Origin: Paramecium tetraurelia
Lineage: Eukaryota
Direction: 5' to 3'
DNA: 64,000 nucleotides
NCBI GenBank assembly: GCA_000165425.1
Contig: CT868552.1
Location: 1 to 64,000 of the forward strand
Positions 25,914 through 41,100 of this stretch are shown piece after piece (the stretch's first letter is position 1; each line of letters begins with the position of its first letter). Under the pieces are notes generated by a model. The model was not told where the DNA came from, made no database searches, and saw nothing but the letters and a program-made list of their open reading frames with translations. Made by a program: the position numbers and the translations under genes.

Positions 25914-26749
25914 ATGTCCGATAACAACAGTGAAGAGAATTCAACTAGTAGTCGTGAAATCGACATTGAATATATAACAGTAAAATAAAGAATAATTCGT
26001 TTTTACATAGGCCAAACTATATGTTGAATTGGTAGATGTAAGAGATCCCAATTAAAATTATATTGAATATTTCCCAGAATTTGATTTGAGTAAAGTTTAA
26101 TAGGCGAGCGGAATCAATATCTTCAAATTGACAAGCAAGTTGAAAGAGTAAGGAATACAATTGGAGGGACGCACGATTTCTTATTATAGTTTCGATTGCG
26201 AAATGTATATAAATTGTGGATTGGATCCTGTTCATCACTCATATGTGATGCCATTATATGAAATTAAATAAACAAACTAACTGCGCATTAAATGCATTCA
26301 GACTGGGATTTCACTCATTCATTTAGTCATGTCTGAGGAGATGAATGAGAAAGTTAATAAAATGAAGGAGTAGGAAGGAAATGAACAATCATAATAATAG
26401 TAACAATAGGGATAGGAGAATTAGAAGCAATGTAGAAGAACAAAGGAGAGGAGAATTGGATACATCATTGAGAAAGTTTCAAGATGGAGGGAATATTATA
26501 ATGTAACATTAAATCAATATGTTTAAGGGTATTACAATAGATGGGGAGAGTAAGCGATTTACCCTTGAAGAAGCTGCTCAAAAAGTCAATATCTCTAAAA
26601 AGAGTTTAGATGATTACTTACTACAGATTCGATATGGTAGAAAATTCGGGTTTAATTTTAATGAACATAAAAATGAGAAAGTAGGAGTCTTAAGAGCATT
26701 TGTCAAGAAGAACAACTCATCTAAGAAGAAGAAGGTAAAATAAGAATGA
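25914..26749 (+). CDS. Putative HTH DNA-binding protein of a ciliate-type family
   Basis: C-terminal RRTKERRIGYIIEKVSRWREYYN...TLEEAAQKVNISKKSLDDYLLQIRYGRKFGFNFNEHKNEKVGVLRAFVK, with a basic tail. Two tiny introns; TGA at 26747-26749. Confidence 0.75.
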
Positions 26750-27247
26750 TTACCAAGTTTAAATTATCATTTAGTTTATTTCTATTCATAATCATTTTTA
26801 AATGCTTTACAAAAAAACTATATTTCCTTAATTATATTTTGAAAACGAAAAGTAGCTGATTAGTATAATTGTAAATTTTGCAATGTGTAAATATCTATTT
26901 TAAATTGTTTATCCATTCAATTAGATCTATGAATCAATTAGAAAATAGCATATTTTATAATAATTTAAATTTTAAGGATCAATGAACATTTTTGAATTGG
27001 ACTAACCTTATCAATTTACTATTGTTTTGTATAGTTGACTAAGTAGTAGTAGAATGGCCAAAGGAATAGATTGTGAAACTTAATTCAAGCATTTAATCTT
27101 AAGATATATTGTGATTAGTTGATGTTTCAATGAATATGAACTGAAATGTGGAGAGATGATGGAGAACAAGAGATATAATAGATTGAATATGAAATATAAA
27201 TGTAAAATATACATTAAACCTCATATCCGTTTTAATTATTTATAATA

Positions 27248-28463
27248 ATGTATAAGGTTATATTATTATGTTCACTTGTAATATTTGCAAGTAGTATGAG
27301 TGAGAGTGAAACACTGTTGTAAACACTTCAAACCAGTGAATTTGGAAAGACAATCATCCAAACCATATAAGTTCAATTGGAAGGTAATAGCAGTGTGGAC
27401 AAAATAATTGAATTGCTCACTTAAATGAAGGAGAGGATTAATGGAGAACAGGATACTGAAAGATAGAAATCAAGAGATCACACATAATTCTGTGATGACA
27501 AATACGATGAGATATTATTCGTTATAGATTCATCCGAATATTAATTAGCCAAAGATTAATAAACATTGCCACTATTCATTTAAGAATAAAAAAATAAATA
27601 GAGACAGTTGTTGGATAAATAAGAAATTGAAGATCGCAACAATTTACGCATTACTGAATTAACAGAGTAAAGAGATTTAACTAGAGTATTAAATACATGA
27701 TAATTAACATAGTCACAATATGAAGCAAGACGAGATGAATTGACTACAATGATTGGAGCATTGTAAGAAGGCAAAAGAATAATTAGTAAATTGAGCACGA
27801 AGAAGTGGGATCCTTTGGCTGGAACTTACTCGTTCCTTGAATTTTCATAATTTATGTTCAATGAATTGGAAGCACATTAAAAGTCTTTAAAAAAATAATC
27901 AAATGGAATTGGATTATTATACGACTTGCTTTTGGAGACTTCACAGTAAAATATAATTGTGATTCTTTAGAGATCCAGGAATATAAGCAAATTAACAAGG
28001 AGTTGCAAAGATTTAAGAGATAATTGATGAATTGATTGAGAGCATATTTGATCTTTTGAAGAAAGAACTATTGGAAGACAATGCAAGAGAATAAGACTAT
28101 TAGAATTAAAAGGAAAGAATAGTTATTTAGAACAGAAGATTGTAAGCAACTATTGCAACATTCAAAGCAAGAGTCTTAATAATTAATCAAACTATACTTG
28201 AATTGAATAACGATATTAGATTCAATACTGATGTAATATAATTGATTAAATGTAGAAATCTACTCTTCTGAGAAAACAAAAGGATGATTGGGAGAGAACT
28301 TGCGTTGATTATCACAATGGCTATGTTGAAGCTACTAAGATTAGGTATTTTGTACCTTATAAACCCTAGAACTTAATAAAGTGACATCTTAACAGAGGTT
28401 ATCCAAGTATTTAATAGAAACTACAACGATTTCCCAAGTTTAATTTAGAATATAACAGTTTGA
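27248..28463 (+). CDS. Trichocyst matrix protein (TMP/GRL-type secretory granule precursor)
   Basis: Signal peptide MYKVILLCSLVIFASS, then SEFGKTIIQTIQVQLEG...VDKIIELLTQM. Acidic coiled coils with sparse Cys; tiny introns; TGA at 28461-28463. Confidence 0.8.
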
Positions 28464-28475
28464 TTAATTTATTAA

Positions 28476-30109
28476 ATGAAAAATGATAAAGAGTTCTCTA
28501 TAAAGGAAACTGTCAATAAAAACATTGAACGTGTTTAGTTTCCTGCTTTCAATCAGCATAGCAGTTTGCTTGGTTGGTGTTCAATGAATTATCCTCGTGT
28601 ACTACAGAATCCATAATTTATGCCTAAACCAAAACCAAAAGAATATGATGACAATCTTGATTTCCTTTATTAGAAACGTAAAAAAGTATTACTCGTATAC
28701 ATAAATTAGGAATAATAAAATAATCAACTAATAAAGCCATTTACAAATTATCAGTTAACAAAAGAAGCTGTAATTCTTGAAGACATTGGTGCTCCTCCTC
28801 CAGGGTTTAAGAAGACTCTTAAGCAATTAACAACTGCTAATCCTGAATCAAAGGCCCTAATTTACAACTAAACATATAAAGACTACGATCCATACTTGAA
28901 TATTAAACCAATCAATAGTCAATTCAAATAAGAATAGAATGAAAACTTCACTAGAACCATTCGTCAGGTTGGCGATGTTGTGTACAATTAAACATATGAG
29001 AATGAAGACATAAGACACTTAAAGGTATTGTACTATAATAATAATTTAGAAATTGCCTAATTCAATACTTTCTGAGTAGAATCTATAGGAAGCCTTAAAT
29101 CCTAAGTTAAAATTCTTGAATTTGCATAATCATACTTGGTTGAAGATGGAACAAATAAGCAAGATTGGATACTTTGCTATCAATCTTGAAGAGTTAGTCC
29201 TATCTAATACAGAATTAGAGGATGACATCTTAATGGAATTAGCAAAATCATGTAGAAATTTAAAAGTCATTGATGTGTCATCATGTCCAAAATTGACTGA
29301 AACTGGAATCAGAAACTTCTTGGATTACACTTCAAAATATTTGCAAGGTTTCAAATGTGCCAGCAATTTATAATCTATAACTGATTATTCATTAGAGCCA
29401 CTATAAAATGCTCCCTTTTTATCGATAGTGAACATTTCGTTTTGTAATAATCTAACAAGTAATTTTACTAAATACCTCCTCTAAAGTGGATGCAGATTAA
29501 AAGAACTATAGATTGCGACAGTAGAAAACTTATAGGCAGATTTATTATCTGATCTAATTTCACGTTCAAAGGTAGATATGGAATATTTGGACTTGTCCTT
29601 TATTCCTACAAAGGACATTAGTGATTCAGTCATTTCTGCAACTTCCCTTTGTACGAATATTCATACTCTCATACTCTCAGGATCAACGAACATTAGTGAT
29701 TCATCAGTAGGTAGATTGAGTTCCTTACACAAACTAAAATAACTTAAATTGGGAGGAATCTAATATCTCGCTGACAATACGTTAGTATATATAGCCTAAT
29801 CATGCAATAAACTTGAGATGCTTGAACTTAACAATTGTAGCAAGTTGGGAGAATAAGGATTGGAAGGGATCCTCAAAGTAATTTCATTAATTAATTATCA
29901 AGGCATTGCCTCATCTACAGGTCATTTCTATTAATTTCACTCCTGAAATTTAAGATCCCTTTTTGTAAGAAAAAAGAAATGAGTATCCAAAAGTAAACAT
30001 TATTCGCACAATAAATAAAATGACAGATCCCAAGGATGATGGATTAAGAATGCCTCTTCCATTAGAAAGTGTGGTTATGTAGAGACCTAAAAAGAAAAAG
30101 AAGAAGTGA
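28476..30109 (+). CDS. Leucine-rich repeat protein (FBXL/AMN1-type Cys-containing LRRs)
   Basis: Repeats LEELVLSNTEL, LKVIDVSSCPKLTETGI and LEMLELNNCSKLGEQGL; basic C-terminus; TGA at 30107-30109. Confidence 0.85.
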
Positions 30110-30154
30110 AATTATAATTAATACCTTCATATTAAATATGTTATATTCATTAAT

Positions 30155-33100
30155 TCATATTTAACTTATCAATTTCAACTACAATTATTGGATTTATTCA
30201 AAAAGCTTCTTCCACTCTTACTTCTGCATACATTTATATGGACAAGTTTGACAATGTGGACATTGACTCACTAATAGTGAATAGCAAGATGGCAATTGAA
30301 CAAAATAAGTTAACAACGATTTTATTTTATCTTGAATCTAAATTATATAATAAATATAATTACTTTTTTTAGGTCTAAGACATTTAAAATTGGTATTACA
30401 CTCACTTGGATTATGGATAGATTATTGATAATAATTTTCTCTAATTCTACTTTGAATTGATTATTAACTTGTATCTATCCTAATACTTTAGTGTCCTCTA
30501 AAATTTCGATAATAAATTAAATCAAATCTTTGAGCAATTCTTCATTGACTTATGATTATTTGTGGAGTAAATTCAGAATACCAATTGCTGATGATTTTTC
30601 TTATTTGATTAAGCCAGGTAATTACTATAAATTAGGCATAAATCCTTATTGTTATAAAAAATATCTTAATTTAATTTATCTATTAAATCTAAATGACATT
30701 TTAAATAGGTTCTATGCAATATTTAATAGATATTAATAAGTCTTTTCATTAAGTAACTTGATGTGATGATCCACTATATCTTGGATGATGTCAATCAACA
30801 TTAATTATAAGATGCATTTCAGAGTTAATTAATCTGAATTCAATTTAATTTGATTTTTAGGTAGATTTAAACTTAATAAGTCGTCAATGATTGATTAATC
30901 TAATTAGGCTGCCTCAAATAGAACATTTGGAGTTGTATTTTAAACCATTAGATCCAAAATTTGAATGGTCTAGTTCCAATCCAATTTCTATCCCTCCTTA
31001 ATAATGATCGATTTAAAAGTCATCACGCTTGTCTTTGCCAAATATTCATTGGTTTAGAATGTACTATTTAATAAAATTGTCGATATTTCATTGTAGGCTT
31101 CCTTGATGTCATGATCAAATACCAACTCCAATAGACTTTTATGAGCCATTTAGCATATTTCTTTCTTTGCTTTGCTTAAGGAGACAAATAATTCTTTCAT
31201 CATTCCCTTCATTATTTGTACATATTGATGTCCTTTTATGTTTTGTGTGTTTGATTTCAATATCTTGAAGAATGATTGGATTGCTTACTCTTAAATTTAC
31301 TACTGATTATTTTAGAATAAATTGCATATATGAGCTAATGATTGCATCCAAAATGCATAATACAAATTGTTGTCATGTTTCATTAATGATTCTACTGCAT
31401 TTTGAACAAACTCAATCCCCTTCAATAATACATGTTATTCTTCTCGATTAAAGAGAAATTAGAATGTTTAATCAATTTCATCAAAGATGTCTTTTAGATT
31501 GATTAGATCCTCACTGAACACTTTGTTTAAGACATCTATTGATATATTTACCAAAACTATCGATTCTTAAAGAGATTAATTGATTATCTTGAAAACTACT
31601 CTCCAACCACTCTTCAATTTATAATAACACATGTGAGCCAACATCCTCATACATGACAAAATAAACTCCTTTACTTCTGAAAATGATGTTTGAGCATAAA
31701 TCAATTCAAAAGGTTGTAAAAATTCCATTTAGAATTTAAAGTTGTTATGCTCGTATTGTTAAATAAACTTTACACTCATTTGTTTCAGTTGATCACAAGC
31801 ATACAAAGATATATCAGAATTGGAATGAATGCCAGCCGTTACGAAATGAGCCTTCAATAGATTCCAAATCTACATCCATATCAATCTTATTCTATCCATA
31901 TTAAAACTAGTCACCTCCACTAATCTCTATAAACTAAAGATCCTTGGTTCTGGCAATGTAATTTCATTGAGAGATACATCAATTAATGATTACAGGAAGT
32001 CCAATATGGTCCTAGAGTCCATATTACTTGTATTCTACATCACCTTATCAATGCTAGAAATTTCAATAATGTTTTGTATATTCTTGCTGATACTCTCCAA
32101 AGGTTCCTAAAGGATTTTCCCTTTCTATTTCTCATTAAGTAAATAATTAATTGAACTAATGATTTCCAGCACTGGTCTCCAATTATTCTTTAAAGCATTC
32201 CCATTTTTTATTGCTAAATCTATAATGCACTGCAGAGCCTTATAATTTTTTTATTTTAACTATTTGTTTTCCAAGGAGGCTAATTAGCATAACCACTATA
32301 TAAATTGTTGGCATAGATCGCAAATGCCCACCATGCTCATTAATTAGAGAGTGAAGGTTGCATTTTGCATAGCAATTGATATTATCTAAACATTTTCTGT
32401 TCTCTCAATAGTTACATTCAAATTAACAAATAAAGCTGGCCAAAATACTTCCATAAATAGTTTGATATAATCTATTCGAGGCATAAAGATATAGATTTTC
32501 TATTGCAACGATTTTCTCTCTAAATTCATCCAGTTGATTTGAGAATTCTACTACTTCTCAATACTGGAATGAATGGCTAAGGGTTCTTATAAGATTTAAT
32601 CATAACAATATCTCAAATACTCCTCTCCTAAATCTCTTTCCATTGATAATTTTGAAGATTTGCAAAATTGTTAAAATGTCATTTTCGTTTTGACAGACTT
32701 ATTATAGATATCAGTTTGCAAAATAATTAACAGATATGAAAACACATATGTCTCATCACTAGTCTTGAACACATCAACAGGATTGTCTTAAAAAAACTTC
32801 TGTGAAAATACCAACATACATCTATCCACTTATTATGCTTCTCCTGGCAAAGTAAAATAATTAAGATATTTCCTTAAAGCATCCACTATGTGATAGCCTT
32901 TAAAATCGATAGATTATGAGTAAATTTAAAATATCAATTAATGATTCTCCTTACTAGATCCAAAGAATTACCCCAACTACTCCTTATTAAAAGGATTATC
33001 TTGTAGAAATTAAGCAATTTAAGCATGACTAGATATTAAAATGATCAATACTTGTTTTCCTCTAGAATTCCTTAATTTATCAGATATTCTAATCCTTCTT

Positions 33101-34873
33101 TCCAATTAAGTGAAAATCTTTAGAGTCCTGTTAAGATCTATTGTTTATAGGTCAACTATTTTTCATGCCCTTATATATATAATTAAATTACTGATCAAAA
33201 TGTTCTATATTTTTAATCATCTTTTTTAATTAATCATGATTCTACTCCTCAATCTATTCTGAATTATACCCAGCAATACTATTGTTTTATTCTTCTTAAA
33301 CGAGTTTGATAAATTGTTGGAGATGTTTTTATATGATACTATTTGCAATGAGACAGCTATCTTAATTAGTCTATTCTCCCTATGCAATTTAGGCAACCTT
33401 TTCAAATAACGTTTAGACTAAATTCTTTCTTTCAATTACACAATCATGATTGGTAAACAGTTCCAATATTAACTTTGGATACTCAATCAATTAAAGCACA
33501 AAATCAAGAAAAGCTGATGTTTAATCACAAGGCAATTTATTAATGACAAAATCGAATATAATTTCTAATTGAACCTGTAAGAGATCTCTTGTATGGAGTA
33601 TTAGTAACGATAATATTTTGAATGTTGTACTTGATGTTCTTTTATTTTTCAAATTTAAACAGATCATATTGATGCAATTCTCATCAAAATTTAGAGACTA
33701 AATATGTAATGGATATGATTCAACAATAAATAGAATAAAATCCAAACAAATTTCTTTCTTGATATTTTTTTCCTTATTTGCTTTCGAACATAAATATTTA
33801 AAGATAATTTGACAATCATCATTCTTACTTTATTATCCACTTTACATTATCTTAATGTTTTCTATCATTTCGAAATGCTTCTTTTTACAGGGTACTGAAC
33901 AAACAGGTACTCTAGTATCTTTGCAAAAATAAGGGGCTGGCTGTCTGCATAAAATGCACCACCCAAATTTTCCTGATGTGATCCCATTGTCAACTACCTT
34001 AACTTCTATATAGTTTTTGTATTTTATGTCCTCTGCCTCCCAAGCCTAAGGAACAGATGCGATTGGGATGTTTGCCTATCCAGTTTTAATTCTTTCATTG
34101 TATAAGATAACATCATCGACCATGTGTCTCAAAGTGATGGACACATATTCAACGATGTCCCCGTCAGATATTGCTACTTCTTCTATCTCCTTGGGCTCGT
34201 CATAAAAGGAATTCCATGACAAGCCTTTGTTCAACATATTTTCCATATCAACTTTTACTTGACTATTATCATATACGCTCTTGATGGCCAATTTGATACT
34301 ATTCTTAACAGAACCCATTCCTAATTTATAGAGATGTAAATAGGTTTTAAGTGTGGACGATAGGGTCTCTCCACTGATCAACAATCTTTACTATTTAAAT
34401 AATGCATCTATGCATTTCACAATCAGATAATGCAAATTTTCATCTTACAATTTAGTGCAGCTTATTATGGACTCCACTATTGAATCTATGAGCATCCTAT
34501 CTTATTGCTTTCCCTTTTCAAATTCCAAATAATCATAAGAATAACCATCTATGAAGTTTTAGGATATCAATTTCTTAAAATAGAGGGAAATTATACTTCA
34601 AGGTCATATAGGCAGCATTCAGTGATTTTATTATGTTTGATATCGATGCAATACTTGTAGATAATGAAATACTTGTTGGCATTTGTAGCAAACCGATTAA
34701 CATCATTTTTTGTCTATTCAATTTGCTCTTATTATTAAAGTTTTAATACCTAATGATTTCTCAATCAATGTCTTAAGACTGACCATTTATTTTGGAAGGA
34801 GCTTCAGCAACTTATTCAAGGAGCTAGTTAACAATTCTTGATAAATAACATGACTGTCTTAATTTTAATTCAT
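30155..34873 (-). CDS. Large Sec7-domain ARF guanine nucleotide exchange factor (BIG/GBF-type)
   Basis: Sec7 core IVDALRKYLNYFTLPGEAQQVDRCMLVFSQKF...YVFSYLLIILQTDIYN with the glutamic finger, plus an HDS-like segment PRIFSLQRLVEVTSFNMDRIRLIW. ATG 34873; TGA at 30155-30157. Confidence 0.9.
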
Positions 34874-35152
34874 TTTAATAATAAATATTGATATAACAAT
34901 AATAATAATGTTAATTTATATAATATCAATATTAGACAAAGAATTTTTAGTATTATTTAATATTTCAGACAAATCGATTAGATTTACTTATATAATTGTA
35001 CTCATACTTGATTGAATTAAAATTATTTTTGGACCTCCTATTTTAAGAATAGGCCAATATCTTATCAGAAATTTGTTAACATATTTAATTTCCACTTTAT
35101 AAAATCTTTTACTTATTACTGCTATTAATATGTTTTAATTTCATTAATAAAA

Positions 35153-38100
35153 ATGACAATCCATTGTCTGAAAAAAAATTAGAATATTTTAATAAATAAG
35201 AGTTTAGAGAAGTCCTTTCTATTGAACGGTTTCACCTCTTTGATGATTCAATATAAAATTTTGACATATTCTAAAACTTTGGAGATTTGTAATCCTTCAG
35301 AATGTCCCAAAAAGATTTTTGTTATGTTAAGAGGAGGAGGCTGCGGATAATCAAAAGCTAAAAAGGATTTCGATTCACAATTACGATAGGATTAAAATTA
35401 AATGAGTGCATCATAATTACCTGAAAACTATCTTGCAAACCTTAATGATTATCTAAAACTAATAGTAGATGAGGCTTAACTCATTTGTGATACCACTAAG
35501 AGAAACGAATTAATGAAGAGGATTTAATGGTTTATTCATAACAGGGAATACTTGAATTATTTTTGTAATGATGAAAAAGAAGGAAGCAAAATTTATGAAT
35601 TAGTTAAGGCAAATTTTGAAAGTTTATTGACAGTACTAATCACTTATTTAAGAAATTCTGGATTTATTTGTTATTAAGTATTATAGATTTGTAATGAATT
35701 ATTAAGAATTATGTATATTTTCTAATTTAGGGAATCTAAAAGATTATTAAAAAATGAAGATTAATAGGATTATATTTAAAAGTTATCAGAATTTGAGACA
35801 TAATTAGAAATTGAATAAGCCAATGTTTGGAAAACAGGATTCGAATTCGAAATTAAAATAATGAAAATTATGATTATGAATTCTAAAACTGATTCTACTG
35901 AAGGAAAAGATGCATTAATCAATTTCTTTAAGGAAGCAGGAAAATCAATCATAGCATTATCACCTTCTGAAGACTTGCTTTAGACAATAATAGACGGTGG
36001 AAAGTATTTATTAAAAAAAGGAATCGAAAAAAAATTATATCCTATTGAAACGTATTAAATTTATTACTTATTCTAATTGATTAAATGGTCAATTATAAGA
36101 CAATTGAAATCCAAGTTATCTATATACAAATAAATATAGTAGTTAAAAGATGTTTTTCAATAATATATATTAGTGTCTGATAATTGGATTTTACATTTTA
36201 GTTGGATATAAATGATTATGGATGTTATTGCATATCGTCCTATTATAAATAAATCCAATATATCAATAAATTAATTAGATCAATAATTAATTAAATGGAA
36301 TCTACTTATTGAAAACAATTTGATTCATTGCGTATCTTACAACAAGAATGAGGCAATTATGAGTTTGTTTTAAGATTAAGAAAAACCCATATATGATAAT
36401 GAATTAATTAGTTAATTGGATGTCTATTGTAAGAAAAAGTTTGTCTTATTTTCCTAATTTTTATTAAAAGGAGATCTAACTCAAAATCTAAATTTATGGG
36501 ATCATTACAAAGAATTCACATTTACAATATAAAAGGACAAAAAGTAATAAGATTATGAAACTATTCTAGCAAGTTATGAATTAGAAATATTGTAAAAATT
36601 AATTAATAATATAAAATCTTTAAAAGATGAATTGCTTTCAATTCATTCTGGAATTATCTAATCATTTTAAACTTATTTTAAAGATCCTACTTAAATTTCA
36701 ATTCAAATTATTTAAGACGATCAATAAGCATCTTAAAAGCAATACTTATAAATTTATAAATAATTGATTGTTTTAACAAATTATTTTATATAATTAACAA
36801 AATTTGAAGTGTCTAAATTGCATTTACTTAGTCCCTATTTAAATTAATTTAAGAGCCAACCTAATAAAAAAATTTTAGAGGATCTCAAAGAAAAGATCTT
36901 TAATTTTTAATCGAAAGAACTTAATGAATTTTAGAATTAACTTTTAAATTACTTCTTAGTCGCTATAGAATTTTCAAGTCTCGCAAATGAAATGAACTTA
37001 TTTTTAGATTTCAAAAATTAAGAAAATTTAAAAATAATAAATGATAAAGTTGAAATTGATAAATTTTAAAATATCTTTACAACATTCGAAAATCATTTTA
37101 ATTAATTATGTCTCAATTTAACATCCTATAAAGAAAAGTTTATTAAATTTATTCAATAGGAAGAACAAATTAAATCTATGACAATTCAAGTAGAAGATTA
37201 GAATATTCTATCAATAATTTAACATAATTAAAATGAAGAATAAAGTATAAATAAAAAACTTCAAGAGATCTTTATAAATAAATATAAATTCTTCGATTCT
37301 GAATTAGTAACCTTGGAGAATGTATAATCGAATCTAATTCAATGTAAGCTAATTATTCTAACTTTATAATATTTAAAATAATTCACTAATATATAAAGTC
37401 AATATCTAATGATAGTTAAGCAGTCGCTAGAAAATTACAATAATAATAATAATAATCCTGAGTTATCAACATAAAAAGTAAACTTAGATAATAAATAAAC
37501 AGATTTTGATATTTTGACTTTATAACAATAAAAAATTAAAGCTTTGATCAACGAAAATGCTCAGCAATCTGATTAATAAAGTATTGAAGTTAACTTAAAA
37601 AGTTTATTAGCATAAATAGAATCTGATTTCATTTGTATCAAAAGTTAAAGCCAAAAAGTACAAAATTAAGGAATACTTAAATTGTTTACAAATGCTTAAT
37701 TTATACTCCTTTAAGTTTTGAATTAAAATGAAAACTTATCAACATTATAAGATCTTTTGAAAGATTATGAGTCAAATATTAATGATATCAATCAAAGCTT
37801 TAAATAATCTATTCAAGATGTTAATATAAATGAAGATGAAAATACAAATAAGAAACCTTTTAATTTATTTGATTAATGTTTGAGTGAAAATGAGTAATTG
37901 ATCTAAAATATAAAGGAAATCAAAAAATATTATAAATACTATGAAAAATTATTAATCTTTCAGTTAGAATTGTTACCAAAGTCAATTATCTAGGACTAAG
38001 CCATATCGGCATAAGATTAACAGAGACAGGGGTAAGATAAGTAGCCAGTGTAATTGGTTTAAGAAGAACAACTTAAATTAAATTAAATGAGAGAGAAATA

Positions 38101-41100
38101 TTTTAGTAAGAAAGTGAAAGACTCAATTTAAAGACTTATATCAAGCTTTAATCCTTAAAAAGAAGAACAAGATAGTTCTAATTCTATGGTTAATTTAAAA
38201 TTTACACAATTTTTATAGTTCTTTTATTCTCTTTCTAATGCTGAATATAATAAAGGATTAAAGCCTGATATAATTAATGATTCAATTTGGTAGGATATTA
38301 AAAATGCATATAAAGACACAAAAGAGAAGCTTCTTGATTTAGTAGATCTTAAACCTGAATACAAAGTGAGAGAAGGATTCGTCTACAACTTGATAAGATT
38401 ATAATACAGTATTTAAGAATAAAAAGTTAAGGCTTTCTGTTGCAAACATCTATAATATATTTGGGTATTTGAAAAGGATTAAAGAGTTAGAAATTTATTG
38501 AAAAACAAGGAACTAGTAGAAATTTAGAAACAACTATTTGCTTAAGATCTAGATAATTTGTCAGTATCAATAAAAGATGAGTTGAAATAGAGAATGTTAA
38601 AGTTAGAAAATTTACAATAAGAAATTAAACTCGAAGGAAATTTATAAAAAAGGGAGGAATTATAAATTTATTTGAAAAAGACGTATGATGAACTAGATGA
38701 ATCTTTAGATAATATATCCGAAATGTCAGAGGCTATGGATATCAGTCTAATATTTTTGAAAGACATATCAAAGGATGTAAAATCAATAAAAGCTTCAATT
38801 GATAATTTATAAGAGAGTATAAATTAAGTTGGTGATGATATTCGTAAACTAAGAGGAAAGAGATATGATGAACTATTAGAAATAAGAAAATAAAAGATAT
38901 TATTCTAATCTAAGTTAACTGAAGTGGATTCAGTTTATGTGTAATTAACAACAATTGAATATGATCCAGTTAGTGGTGAGATTGTAAAATATGAAAATAA
39001 TGCAAAATTAACAAAATTAATGTGTGCTCAATGGAACGCCTTTGAAGGGGAAGTGAATGAATTTATTTGGGGAGATAAATAAAAAGATGTAATGTTATTA
39101 TCAGGAAATGCAGGTTCTGGCAAAAGTAAGGCAGCCAGAAAAATAGAAGAATTTATTTGGAAATAAAAAGGAGTTCAATCAAAATGGATTCCAATTTATG
39201 TATCACTTCCAACTTTAAAGAATCCTAAATTTAATTTATTTGAATAAGCTTTAGAAACTGAAAACTATTAATTTGATAAATATTAGGTGAAGGAATTTAA
39301 AGAAGCCATTTAAGCTAAGAAAGAATTTATAATTCTTATCCTTGACAGTTATGATGAAATGAAACAAGATTGTATCTAATCAAATCTAATTTTGACAAAT
39401 AAATTGATATAAGAATTCAATTCACAAGATAGATAGATGAAAGTAATCATAACAACAAGAAAAGAGATACTCAATACAGTTGGATATTAAACTTGGTTTT
39501 ATGGGGAGAGTCTCCAATCTTTAAAAGAAGTTTAGTTATAAAATTTTAATGAAGAATAGTAAAATGAATATTTGAGTTAATACGTTGAGTTAAGTATTAA
39601 AAGGAAAATTAAGGAGATTTATGAGTTTGTTAAATAAATTGCTGGATAAGGGTTTCATTTGGATGAATTCCTCACTATATGGGGCTTGATTTCATCATAA
39701 GTCAAAAGTTGCATTGAGAAATCTGAAATGAAGGGAATGGATGGAATTTTCTATAACAATGCAGAAGAACAAATAATAACAAAGATAAAAACTCATAAGA
39801 CGCTTGAAATTTTAAAAGAGGAATAGACAACTGCATTGAGGAAAGATTTATTAGCTTTATGGAGTGCGAACAAATTTAAATCATCGATTAAGAGTGTCAA
39901 TATTGAAAATTTATTGACTACTCCATTCATGTTGGAGATTGTTGTTTAAGTTTTACCAAACATGGCTAAGAAACACTCAGGGTCATAATAAATGAAAGAA
40001 GTTTTTATGTAGAATTATTTAAAACTTAAAAGATAAGTAAGGCTATCTAAAATAGAAAGAGAATAGTATTAAAATGAAAATTCTAAATCCAAAAATAAAG
40101 AATAATAAAGTATGACAAATTTTGAGGAAGATTATTAACCAGCATAAGAAAAAGAAGAAGAATATTAATTGAAAATTGAGAAAGCAAAAATAATTTAAAT
40201 TGTTGATATGCTTGATAATGAGAACTTCTTCTCTAAATACTCAATTGTTAGTCAATTAAAGCAAGATGGGAATGCTATTGTTGTTGATAATACTGCTATT
40301 AGATTTGGTTCTACTAATGATATTAATTTTGTAATAATGGCTTTATAAATGAAAAGATTTACAGTTTTTGAATTTTATGAGAGTTTTATTAATTTTTATC
40401 ATGATTAATAAACTCAAAAATAAAGAGAACTTGGTAAAGTTTACAATTAGGATAGTTTTGCATTTGACATATATCAATTCTCCTATTCATTAGCCATAGA
40501 CATGACTGTAAGAGAATTATCTTAAGTTGATTACAAGCCATTAGGAAAACTTGATCTAAAAAGCAACTATAAAATTGAATAAGTAACTGATGATTGGTTA
40601 AAGCAATATTTTGATGTTGAAGATGAGTACAAGAAATTAATTAGAAGTTGTATTCTGTTAAACGCAAAAGGAAGTACTTTTTCATTTACACATAAATCAA
40701 TTCAAGAATTCTTTGTGGCCAAATACATTTATGATTTTTTATTATCTTTTAAGAATTTTAACAAAGAAAATTTAGAGAAAAATAAGGAAATTTTAAGTAA
40801 ATCAGTATTTAATAATAACGATTTTAATATATCTACTGATAACCTTAGGGGTGCAATCTATTTCATTAGAGATCAATTAATCAATGTTGAAAATAGTAAT
40901 TAAAAATTGATTGATATAGTAAAGCTTTCAAAGGATGAAGATTACTGCAGAGCTGCATCAAATAGTATTTATCTATTATGCTCGATGAATGTTTATTTGG
41001 GATCTCAAGACTTCAATGGTATACGCTTGGCCAATACTGACATCTCAGGTCTAAGTCTATTTGATTGCGATTTAAGTAACTCCAAATTTGAAAATGTTGA

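Noticed and set aside
26950..27210. Coding-like stretch between the HTH gene and the trichocyst gene
   Set aside because: No clean ORF or recognisable motif; it may be a remnant but this is unsupported.
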